From positions 1,433,995 through 1,497,994 of the forward strand of contig OZ242002.1 in assembly GCA_965204665.1 (NCBI GenBank): a DNA stretch of 64,000 nucleotides, written 5' to 3'. The notes below the pieces were generated by a model. That model saw only the letters and a list, made by a program, of their open reading frames with translations. It was not told where the DNA came from and searched no databases. Below, in pieces: positions 48,354 through 58,291 of this stretch. This stretch comes from Thermodesulfobacteriota bacterium (GTDB lineage: Bacteria > Desulfobacterota_D > UBA1144 > Nemesobacterales > Nemesobacteraceae). A program made the position numbers and the translations under genes. Each line of letters opens with the position of its first letter. Position 1 is the stretch's first letter.

Positions 48354-50010
48354 TTTCATGATCGTTCTGTTCCGCCGATTAAAGCTGCCGCCTATTCTTG
48401 GATATATGTTTGCGGGCATACTGTTCGGCCCTCATGCGCTCGGCGTTTTTGAGGACAGAGAGACCGTTCATATACTCGGGGAAATAGGAATTGCCTTCAT
48501 GCTGTTCGTGATAGGGCTTGAATTCTCCCTTACTCGTTTCTGGCACATGCGGCGAATCCTTTTGGGTCTCGGAGGTGTGCAGGTTTTCGTGGGTACGGTT
48601 TTCGGCGGTCTCATAGGTTGGCATATGGGAATCGGTTGGCCGGCAGTTCTCATAGTGGGCGGAGCGCTCGCGCTTTCTTCCACGGCTATTGTTGTAAAAC
48701 AGCTTACGGAACAGGCGGAACTTCACAGCCCGCACGGGCGGTTTTCTCTCGGGATACTTCTGTTTCAGGATGTGGCCGCCGTCATTTTTCTTGCAATGAT
48801 TCCCAGTTTGTCAGTGCAGGGATTCTCGGGTTCCGGTCAGGAACTGTTCTACTCTCTGATTGAAGGAACGCTCGCTTTCGTTGTTCTTATCGCCGTAGGA
48901 CATTGGTTGCTTGAGCCGCTTTTTCGTGAGGTTTCCGCCGCAGATTCCAAGGAACTTTTTACGCTGACTGTTCTGCTGGTATCTCTTTTTGCCGCTTGGT
49001 TTACTTATCTCATGGGTCTTTCCCTTGCGCTGGGATCTTTCCTTGCCGGAATGATGCTGAGCGAAACTAGATATCGTCATCAGATAGAAGAAGAGCTCAG
49101 ACCCTTTCGAGACATTCTTCTCGGTCTTTTCTTCATCGTAGTGGGTATGCAGATCAATCTCGGTGCGTTTTCAGATGTGTGGCTGTGGGTGATTGTTGTG
49201 TTTGTCGGGCTTTTGCTGGGTAAGGGTCTCCTTATATATCTGCTTGTACTCTTGACCGGGACTGACAGAGTAACCGCGGTGCGCACGAGTCTTGTCTTGT
49301 CTCAAGGCGGTGAATTTGGATTTGCTCTCATAACATTGGCGGTGAACAGAGGTCTGCTTTCCAATTCCGATAGTCAGGCGATACTGATTGCCGTGGGACT
49401 TTCGATGCTGATAGCTCCTGTTCTTATACGTTACAGCGGCATTATTGCCAATCGTTTCTCCCCTACCCCTAAAGAAGTGACGCAGGAAGAAAAGGAGATT
49501 TCCGACATCGTTGCCGCAGTCGAGGAAATCACATCCAAGCCTCATGTGGTTATCTGCGGCTATGGAAGAGTGGGGCGCGTGATCGCGCATTTTCTGCGTC
49601 TTCAGGATATAAACTTTATTGCTCTTGACAGGGATAAGGAACAGGTCAAGCTGGCGTTGGAAGACGGAGAGAATGTACTCTGCGCGGATGTAAATCGCGC
49701 GGAGGTTCTTTCCGCTATATCACTTGAAAATTCGCTTGCCCTCGTGATCAGTTTTAACAACGCGGAGAGAGCTGCAAATATAATCCGGTACGTACGTGAG
49801 CGTTACGAGTCTCTTCCGATCCTGGTCAGGGCCGACAACGCGGATGACATGAAATCCTTGCTTTCCATAGGGGCCAGCGAAGTGGTCCCGGAAGTCATGG
49901 AGTTAGGGTCTTTGGTGTCGAGGCAGCTTCTTCTCTCTCTAGGACTATCTGAAGACGAGGTTTCGGAACGAATAAGTAAATTCAAGGAAGACCATTACGG
50001 ATTGCCCTGA
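48298..50010 (+). CDS. kefB: CPA2-family K+/H+ antiporter with C-terminal RCK/TrkA-N domain (KefB/KefC-like)
   Basis: ~12 TM Na+/H+ exchanger domain, then a Rossmann motif ICGYGRVGRVIAHFL. 570 aa. Confidence 0.85.
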   Translation: MIAMKDILGEILLLFVVAVFMIVLFRRLKLPPILGYMFAGILFGPHALGVFEDRETVHILGEIGIAFMLFVIGLEFSLTRFWHMRRILLGLGGVQVFVGTVFGGLIGWHMGIGWPAVLIVGGALALSSTAIVVKQLTEQAELHSPHGRFSLGILLFQDVAAVIFLAMIPSLSVQGFSGSGQELFYSLIEGTLAFVVLIAVGHWLLEPLFREVSAADSKELFTLTVLLVSLFAAWFTYLMGLSLALGSFLAGMMLSETRYRHQIEEELRPFRDILLGLFFIVVGMQINLGAFSDVWLWVIVVFVGLLLGKGLLIYLLVLLTGTDRVTAVRTSLVLSQGGEFGFALITLAVNRGLLSNSDSQAILIAVGLSMLIAPVLIRYSGIIANRFSPTPKEVTQEEKEISDIVAAVEEITSKPHVVICGYGRVGRVIAHFLRLQDINFIALDRDKEQVKLALEDGENVLCADVNRAEVLSAISLENSLALVISFNNAERAANIIRYVRERYESLPILVRADNADDMKSLLSIGASEVVPEVMELGSLVSRQLLLSLGLSEDEVSERISKFKEDHYGLP

Positions 50011-50153
50011 GATCTTAAAATCACTGCGCTCTCCGTCCTCGTAGAAACAATCCCGATGTCACCCGCCGCTTCCATCCGCAATCACCTTATATGAGAGCGC
50101 TCGAACGGTTGGAGTTCGTGAATCTGAAAAGAGTGTCAAACACCCTCTCCGTA

Positions 50154-50882
50154 CTAGATTATTCCCTTAAGTTCCGACAGGTCGTTTATCGTAAACAAGG
50201 GGTTTGCTCGGATGGTCTGTTCTCTTCTTTTCACCCATACGGAATCCATTCCGCATTCTGCGGAACCCGCGATATCCGCTTCGGGGTTGTCTCCTACAAA
50301 GACCGTGTTGGATGGCTCTTCATTCATACGGTCAAGGGCTGCCTTGAATATTTCGGGGTGTGGTTTTCTCCAGCCCACTTCTTCTGAAACCACCACTTGC
50401 TCGAAGAACTCGGAGATCCCGAATTTTTCAAGCAGTTTCAAAGCGGTGGGCGCGTGATCAAAGTTCGAAACCACGCAGAGTCTGTACTCTCCGTCTCTCA
50501 GATAAGAGAGAATATCCGTGTGGCTCTCCGGATATATCACGGCGGTGCATAGACTCTCCATGTGCGAGGATACGAGGTTGTTTATGAGATTTTCATCTTT
50601 TTTCATGCCTGTTCTTTCAAGAAGTATCTCAAACCTTTTGCTGTTTGGATATTCCCGCAGGTTTTTTTTCCGCATTTTCATGATCTCTTTATGACTTTCG
50701 AGAAAAGATATGCAGAAATCACTGAATTCCATGTCGCCGAAACTGCTCCCGAGTTCGTTGAAGACACCCTGCGCGGTCGTGTTCCATGTTTTTCCGTTAA
50801 CGGTGATTTCAGGCAGAAGAGACGGTTCGAACATCACAAGCGTGTCGAACAGGTCGAAAAAGACGGTCGAGTACTTTTTCAT
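50154..50882 (-). CDS. HAD-family hydrolase
   Basis: Motif I FFDLFDTLV, motif IV VGDNPEADIAG. Start set at MKKYSTVFFDLFDTL. Confidence 0.7.
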   Translation of the reverse strand: MKKYSTVFFDLFDTLVMFEPSLLPEITVNGKTWNTTAQGVFNELGSSFGDMEFSDFCISFLESHKEIMKMRKKNLREYPNSKRFEILLERTGMKKDENLINNLVSSHMESLCTAVIYPESHTDILSYLRDGEYRLCVVSNFDHAPTALKLLEKFGISEFFEQVVVSEEVGWRKPHPEIFKAALDRMNEEPSNTVFVGDNPEADIAGSAECGMDSVWVKRREQTIRANPLFTINDLSELKGII

Positions 50883-50886
50883 CCGG

Positions 50887-51264
50887 CTACGCCTGTGAGG
50901 GCACACAGGTGGATCTTTCGAAGATCACTTCTATTATGTTGTCGTGAAGCCCCAGCGGTTCGGTCACCCTGTGATTTACTCGGGGAAACTCCCGGGCGGC
51001 TTCCTCCACCATTCTCGGTATATCGGATTTTGAATGTCTTCCCGGCGCGAGGAAGTAAGGAAAAACGGTTATGTCGTCTGCTCCCGAGGCAACGCATTCT
51101 GCAAATGCGTCCTTTATCGAAGGTTCGCACAACTCCATGTGACAATGCAGTACTGTATCAAATGGCGAGTCCTGGCGCGTTCTCATCTTGGATGCTATCT
51201 CCTCTAGAAGATCGTTTGCCTCCTTTACCTTGCTTCCATGGTCAACGAGAATAAGAGCCTTCAT
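50887..51264 (-). CDS. CbiX/SirB-type (small) chelatase
   Basis: ALILVDHGSK...HCHMEL...VFPYFLAPGRHS matches the short CbiX fold. 125 aa. Confidence 0.65.
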   Translation of the reverse strand: MKALILVDHGSKVKEANDLLEEIASKMRTRQDSPFDTVLHCHMELCEPSIKDAFAECVASGADDITVFPYFLAPGRHSKSDIPRMVEEAAREFPRVNHRVTEPLGLHDNIIEVIFERSTCVPSQA

Positions 51265-51270
51265 AAGAGT

Positions 51271-52419
51271 TCAGTTTCTTTCCGCGTGGAGTCTGGTGGT
51301 TTCAAGCACAATCTCGGCTGACCTGAAGAACTCGTCAAGAACAAGATATTCGTTTACCGTGTGAAGTTCATACATCCCCGTTCCCAGATTAACGCACTCG
51401 ATTCCCTTTTCGTTTATATAGTTCGCATCGCACCCGCCGCCACTGGTGTGATACTCTATTGCGAGGTCGAGATTCTCTGCGGCCCTGAGCACAAGTTCGC
51501 TCACAGCGGCGTCAGGGGAGACATTCATTACCGGATACACGCGTTTTACATCAATTTCCGCACCAGCCTTATGACGTTCACCATCAATACAGATTTCCTT
51601 CTCCGCCGCGGCCTGAAGAAAACAGTCGCGCATGTGCTTTATCTGCGCGTCAAGTTTTGCTTCATCATGACTTCTCGACTCCGCGCTCGCCTCCACCATG
51701 CCGGCAACTATGTTTATTGCCGTGCCGCCTCTTATCTTTCCGATGTTCGCCGTTGTTTCGTGGTCTATTCTTCCGAGATTCATCTTCGAGACCGCATTGC
51801 TCAGCACCTCAATGGCGCTTATTCCGTTTTCGGGGCAAAGTCCGGCATGCGCCTCAATTCCGTGTATTTTCACGTTCATGATGTCCGAACACGGGCATCT
51901 AAGCACAAGCCTGTCGGGAGTGCTGCTGTCAAGTACTATTCCGTAGCGGCTCTTAAATGAAGATGTATCGAGGAATTTAGCCCCCAGAAGTCCGATTTCC
52001 TCGCATATGGTGAAGGCGACTTCAATATCGGGATAAGGGATTTCGCTCTCGCGGAGAACTCTCAACACCTCTACTATTATCGACACGCCGCTTTTGTCGT
52101 CACTTCCTAGTATAGTGGTGCCGTCGCTTCTCATAATCCCATCCTCGATTCTCGGGTTTATTCCCTCGCCGGGGCTCACGGTGTCCATGTGCGAGCAGAG
52201 GAAAAAGGGTGGGACATCTTTTCTGGTTCCCGGGAAATTGACTATCAGATTGCCCGTGTTTCCGTTGACTTTTTCACCTGCGTTGTCGTAAAAACATTCC
52301 GCGCCCAATTCCTTCATCTCTTTTTCAAGTCTTGCGGCTACATCCTTTTCTTTTCTTGAAGGACTGTCTATTCGTACTATGTCCATCAGATGCCGGGTCA
52401 TTCTTTCCTGTTGTATCAT
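51271..52419 (-). CDS. pepT: M20-family tripeptide aminopeptidase (PepT-like)
   Basis: CSHMDTV, GSDDKSGV, ICEEIG, HAGLCPENGISAI and a C-terminal HTVNEYL match M20B PepT blocks. Start ambiguous (MIQQER/MTRHL). Confidence 0.8.
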   Translation of the reverse strand: MIQQERMTRHLMDIVRIDSPSRKEKDVAARLEKEMKELGAECFYDNAGEKVNGNTGNLIVNFPGTRKDVPPFFLCSHMDTVSPGEGINPRIEDGIMRSDGTTILGSDDKSGVSIIVEVLRVLRESEIPYPDIEVAFTICEEIGLLGAKFLDTSSFKSRYGIVLDSSTPDRLVLRCPCSDIMNVKIHGIEAHAGLCPENGISAIEVLSNAVSKMNLGRIDHETTANIGKIRGGTAINIVAGMVEASAESRSHDEAKLDAQIKHMRDCFLQAAAEKEICIDGERHKAGAEIDVKRVYPVMNVSPDAAVSELVLRAAENLDLAIEYHTSGGGCDANYINEKGIECVNLGTGMYELHTVNEYLVLDEFFRSAEIVLETTRLHAERN

Positions 52420-52775
52420 GCGGTCGTCCTGTTTTTGTCCTCTGTCGTGTAGTATCGCAACGGTTCCGCTTCTTGCGGTATCCCCGGCGATCATGACTTT
52501 ACGCCGAGGGGGTTTCTCACGAACGAGGAACTCGGATTTTTTGTTGCCGTGCGGTTTGCTTCCTGATCACTTAAGTCCTAGTTCACAGACTTCCTCCGTA
52601 TTGATTATATCTGTGAATCTCTATTCGCGCACCTCGGAGAAGAAAAATTTATGGACGATGTAATATGTGAGTTTGTAAAGTAAACAAAAATTCGATATGA
52701 TGTGGGCGTTGTATTTCGTAATAACTCCGAAAATGTCGTAAAACGGATTTTCAGACCGCACAAGGAGGTTTTTAT

Positions 52776-53296
52776 ATGATTAGGAATGCGTTTCTTATTG
52801 GATTTCTGCTGCTTGGTTCCGTTGCTTGCGGGGGGGGGGCGATGACGGAGAGGCGGAAATAGAGTACGACTGCGAAGAGGTTGTCAGGATAGAACCTTTA
52901 CCTAGGGGAACCTATCCTGCAGCATTGGTGGGAGAGTGGGATTGCGAAAGTTCCGACGGTTCAAGTTCAACCCAGATTATCAGTTCTGACGGGACCTTCT
53001 TTCTCGAACTCAGTCCCGGCGACTATCCTTCTGAAGTTCGGGAAATACGGAATCAATGCGGAATCGGAACTTCACCTCCTGATATTGCCGGTCACTGGAT
53101 TGTTGATGGAACCCGAATGTGCCTTCGATACGATGTGATGCCCGGAATAATCGCATGCGGACCTTTTAGAATAAATCAGCTGGGAGAGTGGATATCTTCT
53201 CCTTCCGATGTAATAGAGTTCTATCAGTATGGACGATTAGTAACATCAAGTGCCATTGGAAGTATTCAAGGCGGCGGTCGTTGTGTAAAGAGATGA
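52776..53296 (+). CDS. Small Cys-rich lipoprotein, currently out of frame at a G10 tract just after the lipobox Cys
   Basis: RBS AAGGAGG, then ATG at 52776 encoding MIRNAFLIGFLLLGSVAC, then G10 (52830-52839). As read, the signal-peptide frame terminates at 52860. The mature-protein ORF (52826-53296) is in a different frame, and G11 would fuse them. Confidence 0.5.
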
Positions 53297-53612
53297 AGTT
53301 TTCTATTCTCAGGTTTTTCTTAACCTTGAGAATCTCATTTGTCGGAGCCTGATCACCTGTCAGTTTGATACCTCGACCTGAAGTTCAAATCAGAGTTTAG
53401 ATGGGATTGAGACTGCGGAGGGACCTTGACTGCATCAAGTTGATGCGTTGGCCGGAACTGCAGGTTTTTTTATGAGCGGGAGGTTATATCGGAAATTCAG
53501 TACGCCGGAGTTTGAGGGGTGATGTGAACCTTGATCTGCTTCGGGTTTATAGTGTAGATTAACTGTTCAGTTAAGATGCGGAAGATTTACAAGCATCTTA
53601 AAATCCAGATAT

Positions 53613-55094
53613 ATGGTGAAAAAAGTGGAGTTTTTTCTCCTAAAGGAAAATATTGCCGATGCTGAGTCGGACTCGGTTGTTTTTTTCTGTTATGAAGGTC
53701 AGCAACTTGCTTCCGGGGCAAAAAAAATTAATGAGAGACTCGGAGGGTTCCTTTCCGATAAGGTTCGTTTATCTGATTTCAGAGGGACATTCGGAAGCAC
53801 GGTCATTGTCGATACGCCGAGGGACCCGAATATTCGAAGAGTCGTTCTCATGGGTCTCGGAGGAAAATCGGACTTCGGACCGCTTGAGGCTTTCCGTTGC
53901 GCAAACATCCTTGCGGGGAAATTAAAACGGTTATCAACCACAGTCAATGTTGATTTCACCAGGATGGACAGAAAATTCCTTGAAGTTTTTCTTCAAGGCT
54001 TGGGAAGCGGACTCTATGAATATGGGAAACTCAAGACCTCTGATCAGGAAAAATGCCGTCTTGAAAAAATCGGCATATACTCGGGAAAAATTTCCGCAGG
54101 TCACTTCAGTTCCGTTTCCGCGCGCGCAAGCGTCGTTTCGCAGAGCGTGTCTTTTTCGAGAAACTTGGTGAACGACCCTCCCAATATGCTCACCCCGTCA
54201 ATTCTGGCGGAGCACGCGCTCTCGGTTGCCGCGGAATCTGATCATCTTGAGTGCAGGATATTAAAAAAAGACGAAATAAAGGAATTGGGTATGGGAGGAC
54301 TTTCTGCGGTTTCTTTCGGAAGTAGTGAACCTCCCGTGTTTATTCACCTTACTTATACTCCTCCCGCAAAATCAAAAAAGAAAATTGCTATTGTGGGCAA
54401 GGGTATAACCTTTGATTCGGGCGGTCTGTGTCTCAAGCCTGCCGACAGTATGAGAACCATGAAAATGGATATGTCCGGCGCCGCAGTCGTTATCGGTGCG
54501 ATGAAGGCCGTAGGACATCTTAAACCGAACGTAATTGTTCACGGCATCGTACCCGCTACGGAGAATATGACGGGCGCTTCCGCCTACAAGCCGGATGATG
54601 TGGTTACGGCTCTCAACGGAAAGACGATAGAGATTATAAATACAGACGCGGAGGGCAGAGTAGCTCTTTCGGACGCGCTCAGTTACGCTGTGCGCCTCGG
54701 GGTTTCGGAGATAGTGGACCTTGCGACGCTTACGGGAGCCTGCATAGTAGCTCTCGGACTTCATAACGCGGGAGTTATGGGCAATGACCCCGCTCTGGTG
54801 AAGTCCATTCTTGATTCGGCAGGCAATGCGGGAGAGAAGATGTGGGAACTTCCACTGGATTCAGAACTTAAAGAAGAGATAAAAAGTCATGTGGCTGACA
54901 TTAAAAACGTCGGAAGCAGATGGGGAGGAGCGATCACCGCGGCGCTTTTTCTTGAGAATTTCGTTTCCGATGTACCTTGGGTTCATATAGACATAGCCGG
55001 CCCGTCCTATGTGGAAAAGACATCCGAGTGGTATCAGTACGGCGCTTCGGGTTTCGGAGTGAGAACCATAGTCGATTACCTGATGAACAGATGA
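53613..55094 (+). CDS. pepA: Leucyl aminopeptidase (M17)
   Basis: NTDAEGRVAL, VGKGITFDSGG and MKMDMSGAA conserved M17 motifs. 493 aa. Confidence 0.9.
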   Translation: MVKKVEFFLLKENIADAESDSVVFFCYEGQQLASGAKKINERLGGFLSDKVRLSDFRGTFGSTVIVDTPRDPNIRRVVLMGLGGKSDFGPLEAFRCANILAGKLKRLSTTVNVDFTRMDRKFLEVFLQGLGSGLYEYGKLKTSDQEKCRLEKIGIYSGKISAGHFSSVSARASVVSQSVSFSRNLVNDPPNMLTPSILAEHALSVAAESDHLECRILKKDEIKELGMGGLSAVSFGSSEPPVFIHLTYTPPAKSKKKIAIVGKGITFDSGGLCLKPADSMRTMKMDMSGAAVVIGAMKAVGHLKPNVIVHGIVPATENMTGASAYKPDDVVTALNGKTIEIINTDAEGRVALSDALSYAVRLGVSEIVDLATLTGACIVALGLHNAGVMGNDPALVKSILDSAGNAGEKMWELPLDSELKEEIKSHVADIKNVGSRWGGAITAALFLENFVSDVPWVHIDIAGPSYVEKTSEWYQYGASGFGVRTIVDYLMNR

Positions 55095-55201
55095 AATCAG
55101 GAGTCTCGGATTTACTGGACAAGGAAACCGCAGGCGGAAACATTCAGATATTTTACGGTCGGACTCTGTTTCAGAATCTGTGATTCCCCCGGGGAGAGAG
55201 G

Positions 55202-56131
55202 CTAAACGGAGTAGTCGTAGTCGAGCCAGTGGCTGAACCTCGGATCTTTTCCCTTAAGCGCGGCGAAGTATCTCTGCTGAATCCTTCTTGTCGTCTCGCC
55301 GCGTTTTCCCGACCCTATCTCCCTTCCGTCAACTTCCCTTATCGGGGTAACCTCGGCCGCCGTACCTGTGAAGAACGCCTCGTCAGATATATAGAGTTCA
55401 TCCCTCGTGAAAAGTTGTTCCTTTACCTCGAGACCTTCGTCCCTGATTATATCCAGGACGCATTTTCTGGTTATCCCTTCAAGCACGCATGTAAGAGGAG
55501 GAGTTTTCAGAACTCCGTCTCTTACGATAAAAATATTTTCTCCGCTTCCTTCCGCAACATACCCTTCAGAATCAAGAAGTATCGCTTCGTCGTAACCCGT
55601 AACGGCCGCTTCCTGCCTGGCCATGACAGAATTTACGTAGTTTCCGCATATCTTCGCCTTGGTCATGAATGAGTTCACGCTCATTCTCGTGTAGGATGAA
55701 ATCTTCGCTCTGATTCCGTTTGAGATGGCGCCGTCCCCGAGGTAGGTCCCCCACGGCCATGTGGCTATGGCCACGTTTATGGCGTTGTCTCCGGGCAGTA
55801 TTCCGGATGTTCCGCCGCCGATGAAGGCTATCGGCCTTATATAAGCTTCCGTATGTCCGTTTTCCCGCAGAACATCAACCACCGCATCGCAGAGCGTATC
55901 CATGTCGTATGGAATATTCATCCCCGCCACATGAGCCGAAGAGTAAAGCCTCTTCATATGTTCGGCGAGTTTCAGAACGGCCGATTTTCCGCCGGACCGT
56001 CTGTACGCCCGTATGCCTTCGAACACTCCCAGACCGTAATGCAGCGTGTGTACCATAATATGCACATTCGCTTCATTCCACGGCAACAGTTTTCCGTTAA
56101 ACCATATTTTCGATAAATTGCTGTCCGACAT
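55202..56131 (-). CDS. ilvE: Branched-chain amino acid aminotransferase
   Basis: Class IV PLP fold with EGSGENIF and GITR motifs. Start set at MSDSNLSKIWFNG. Confidence 0.9.
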   Translation of the reverse strand: MSDSNLSKIWFNGKLLPWNEANVHIMVHTLHYGLGVFEGIRAYRRSGGKSAVLKLAEHMKRLYSSAHVAGMNIPYDMDTLCDAVVDVLRENGHTEAYIRPIAFIGGGTSGILPGDNAINVAIATWPWGTYLGDGAISNGIRAKISSYTRMSVNSFMTKAKICGNYVNSVMARQEAAVTGYDEAILLDSEGYVAEGSGENIFIVRDGVLKTPPLTCVLEGITRKCVLDIIRDEGLEVKEQLFTRDELYISDEAFFTGTAAEVTPIREVDGREIGSGKRGETTRRIQQRYFAALKGKDPRFSHWLDYDYSV

Positions 56132-56216
56132 GATCCGACACGCGGTCCGGGGGAAGAAATTTTGCAAACAGTATTATTCTTCCGCATCCCGTTGTCAAGC
56201 GTGCCGAGACGGCATT

Positions 56217-56603
56217 TTATTCAGCTTCCGAGGGACTTTCAAGAATTTCCCGCATTATAGAATGCATCTCCCGGGAGAATCTTGACCTCGGAACAACAAG
56301 GTCGATTCCTTTTTCTAAAAATTTGCCGGCAAGTTCCTTTTCCACATGAGGTAGATAGCCTATACAGAACAGATGTCTGTGGTAAGCGGAGTTCTTCAGT
56401 TCCATAAAAATTTCCGCGGCGTCGATCTTTTTCGAAGCGAGATCAATAATCACAAGCCCGATATTCTCATTCTCGGTTTTAGCGTGCAGTTCTCCCTGTT
56501 TTTTTACCTTTACCGTCCGTGCGCCGAGTTTTTCCGCAGCCGCCTGGATTTTTGATGAGAAAAAGATGTCGTCTGCGACCAGACATACAATTTTGCGTAA
56601 CAT
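56217..56603 (-). CDS. Stand-alone receiver (CheY-like) domain protein
   Basis: Acidic pocket LVADD, putative phospho-acceptor LVIIDLA, conserved K. No adjacent kinase or output domain. 128 aa. Confidence 0.45.
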   Translation of the reverse strand: MLRKIVCLVADDIFFSSKIQAAAEKLGARTVKVKKQGELHAKTENENIGLVIIDLASKKIDAAEIFMELKNSAYHRHLFCIGYLPHVEKELAGKFLEKGIDLVVPRSRFSREMHSIMREILESPSEAE

Positions 56604-56737
56604 CGTTGAACCGGTTAACTCTCCCCGCTAAACATAGTAGAATTGAAGGGGTTTAGCAATACTTCGGGTTTTGTTCGGCCCGGAACTTCAGACCGTCCGA
56701 TACCGGACAGGTTTTCTTTAGCAAGGAGGATAATGAA

Positions 56738-57172
56738 ATGAAAGCTACGCTGATCGCTTTTGTTGTGGCCATGATATGGGGACTCAATCCTATTTTTGAA
56801 AAACTCAGTCTCAAGGGGGCGTCTCCTCTCTCTGCGATCACGATAAGATTTGTCTTCACGACATTCTGTCTTGTTCTCGTGGTGCTTGCAACCGGGAGAT
56901 TCACGCAGATAATAGACATCGACGGTGAAACGCTTTTCTGGATACTGCTTTCCGGTCTGCTGGGAGGATTGATAGGACTTTTTCTCTATTTTACAGCCCT
57001 TCAGATTTCAGACACATCGAAAATTGTGGCGATAATAGCCACGTTTCCCATGTTCACGGCACTTTACGCATATCTGCTTCTAGGAGAGACTCCGGGTCCG
57101 ACGAGGATAATCGGAATAGCTTTCATAGTCGTCGGTTCCGTGCTTATCGAGTGGAACATGCACGCGCGCTGA
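56738..57172 (+). CDS. Small EamA/DMT-superfamily membrane protein (4 TM)
   Basis: 144 aa, four hydrophobic helices, EamA-like LNPIFEKL...ALQISDTSKIVA. Confidence 0.55.
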   Translation: MKATLIAFVVAMIWGLNPIFEKLSLKGASPLSAITIRFVFTTFCLVLVVLATGRFTQIIDIDGETLFWILLSGLLGGLIGLFLYFTALQISDTSKIVAIIATFPMFTALYAYLLLGETPGPTRIIGIAFIVVGSVLIEWNMHAR

Positions 57173-57178
57173 GGCGTA

Positions 57179-57496
57179 CTACGACTCCATGAACTCAATA
57201 AGATCGCGAAACTCCTCGGCCATATCCGGATGGCCGTGCCTGAGGGCTGCCCGGATGCCTTTTTGGTAGGCGTTTTTCGCGTCCTGCCTCATTCCCAGTT
57301 CCGCATAGCAGTATGCAAGCATTCTGTAAGCGGCTCCCTCGTCGTCTTTCAGATCAAGGTATGTTTTTATCGTTTCTATTGTTTCCTCATAGCGTTCGAG
57401 TTTGAAGTATTCATTGGCGAGACTGTAATGAATCAAAGGGTTTTCAGGATTTTTCCTGAGTAGTTTTTTGAAATTCAGAATTTTATCTTCGGACAT
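57179..57496 (-). CDS. TPR-repeat protein
   Basis: Two to three TPR-like repeats (YSLANEYFKLERYEE..., YRMLAYCYAELGMRQDA...). Confidence 0.55.
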   Translation of the reverse strand: MSEDKILNFKKLLRKNPENPLIHYSLANEYFKLERYEETIETIKTYLDLKDDEGAAYRMLAYCYAELGMRQDAKNAYQKGIRAALRHGHPDMAEEFRDLIEFMES

Positions 57497-57532
57497 TCTT
57501 CACCACCTGATCGAGTCTCAACCCGTCTGCTT

Positions 57533-58261
57533 TCACTCAGTTTTTCTCCGGCAGTCTGCCGTTGTCTGTTCATGCTGTCTGTTGTTCGTTATGTCCTGTT
57601 CGTTTTTTGAAGAGATACCGGTAAAACCGAACACTTCAGTAAAATTCTTTATCAGTGAAGGCGACACATCATCAACCGTGATTTCGCCGTTTTCCCCAAG
57701 CCAGCTCCGCATGGAGGATATCCGCACATCGGTTATTCCGCAGGAAAGTATGAGGTCGAAATAATCAAGGTCCGTACATACGTTAAGAGCGAAACCGTGG
57801 TAGGTCACCCATTTTTTTACCGCTATACCTATGGATGCTATCTTGCTTCTTTCAACCCAGACCCCCGTCGCATTATCTGTTCGTCTGCTTCGGATCCCGA
57901 AATCGCTGAGAGTGCGTATTATCACCTCTTCAATCTTTCTCATATGGTTGCGAATATCTGTCCCGTGATCTTTCAGGTCCATAATCGGATAGCCGACTAT
58001 CTGTCCCGGACCGTGAAAAGTTATATCACCTCCTCTTGAAGAATGAATGAATGAAATTCCATGTTTTTCAAGATAGTCCTTTCTTACCAGAAGGTGTCGG
58101 GTATCACCTTTTCTTCCGATGGTGATGGTAGGCGGATGCTGCAGAATCAGCAGGGAATCAGGCGATTGTCCCGTTATTTTTCCGGCAAGAAGAGTTTTCT
58201 GGTAGGAGAGAGCCTTCTCATAACCGAGAGTCCCGAGCTCATATATGTCAAGGTCACCCAT
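57533..58261 (-). CDS. lipB: Octanoyltransferase LipB
   Basis: LQHPPTITIGRKG, RGGDITFHGPGQIVGY, and a catalytic Lys-containing GIAVKKWVTYHGFALNV. Confidence 0.85.
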   Translation of the reverse strand: MGDLDIYELGTLGYEKALSYQKTLLAGKITGQSPDSLLILQHPPTITIGRKGDTRHLLVRKDYLEKHGISFIHSSRGGDITFHGPGQIVGYPIMDLKDHGTDIRNHMRKIEEVIIRTLSDFGIRSRRTDNATGVWVERSKIASIGIAVKKWVTYHGFALNVCTDLDYFDLILSCGITDVRISSMRSWLGENGEITVDDVSPSLIKNFTEVFGFTGISSKNEQDITNNRQHEQTTADCRRKTE

Positions 58262-58291
58262 CAGATCGGGAGCAGAGGACGCTTCGCACAA

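Noticed and set aside
50562-51254. 230-aa plus-strand ORF
   Set aside because: Antisense to the HAD hydrolase and CbiX genes, which have clear family motifs.
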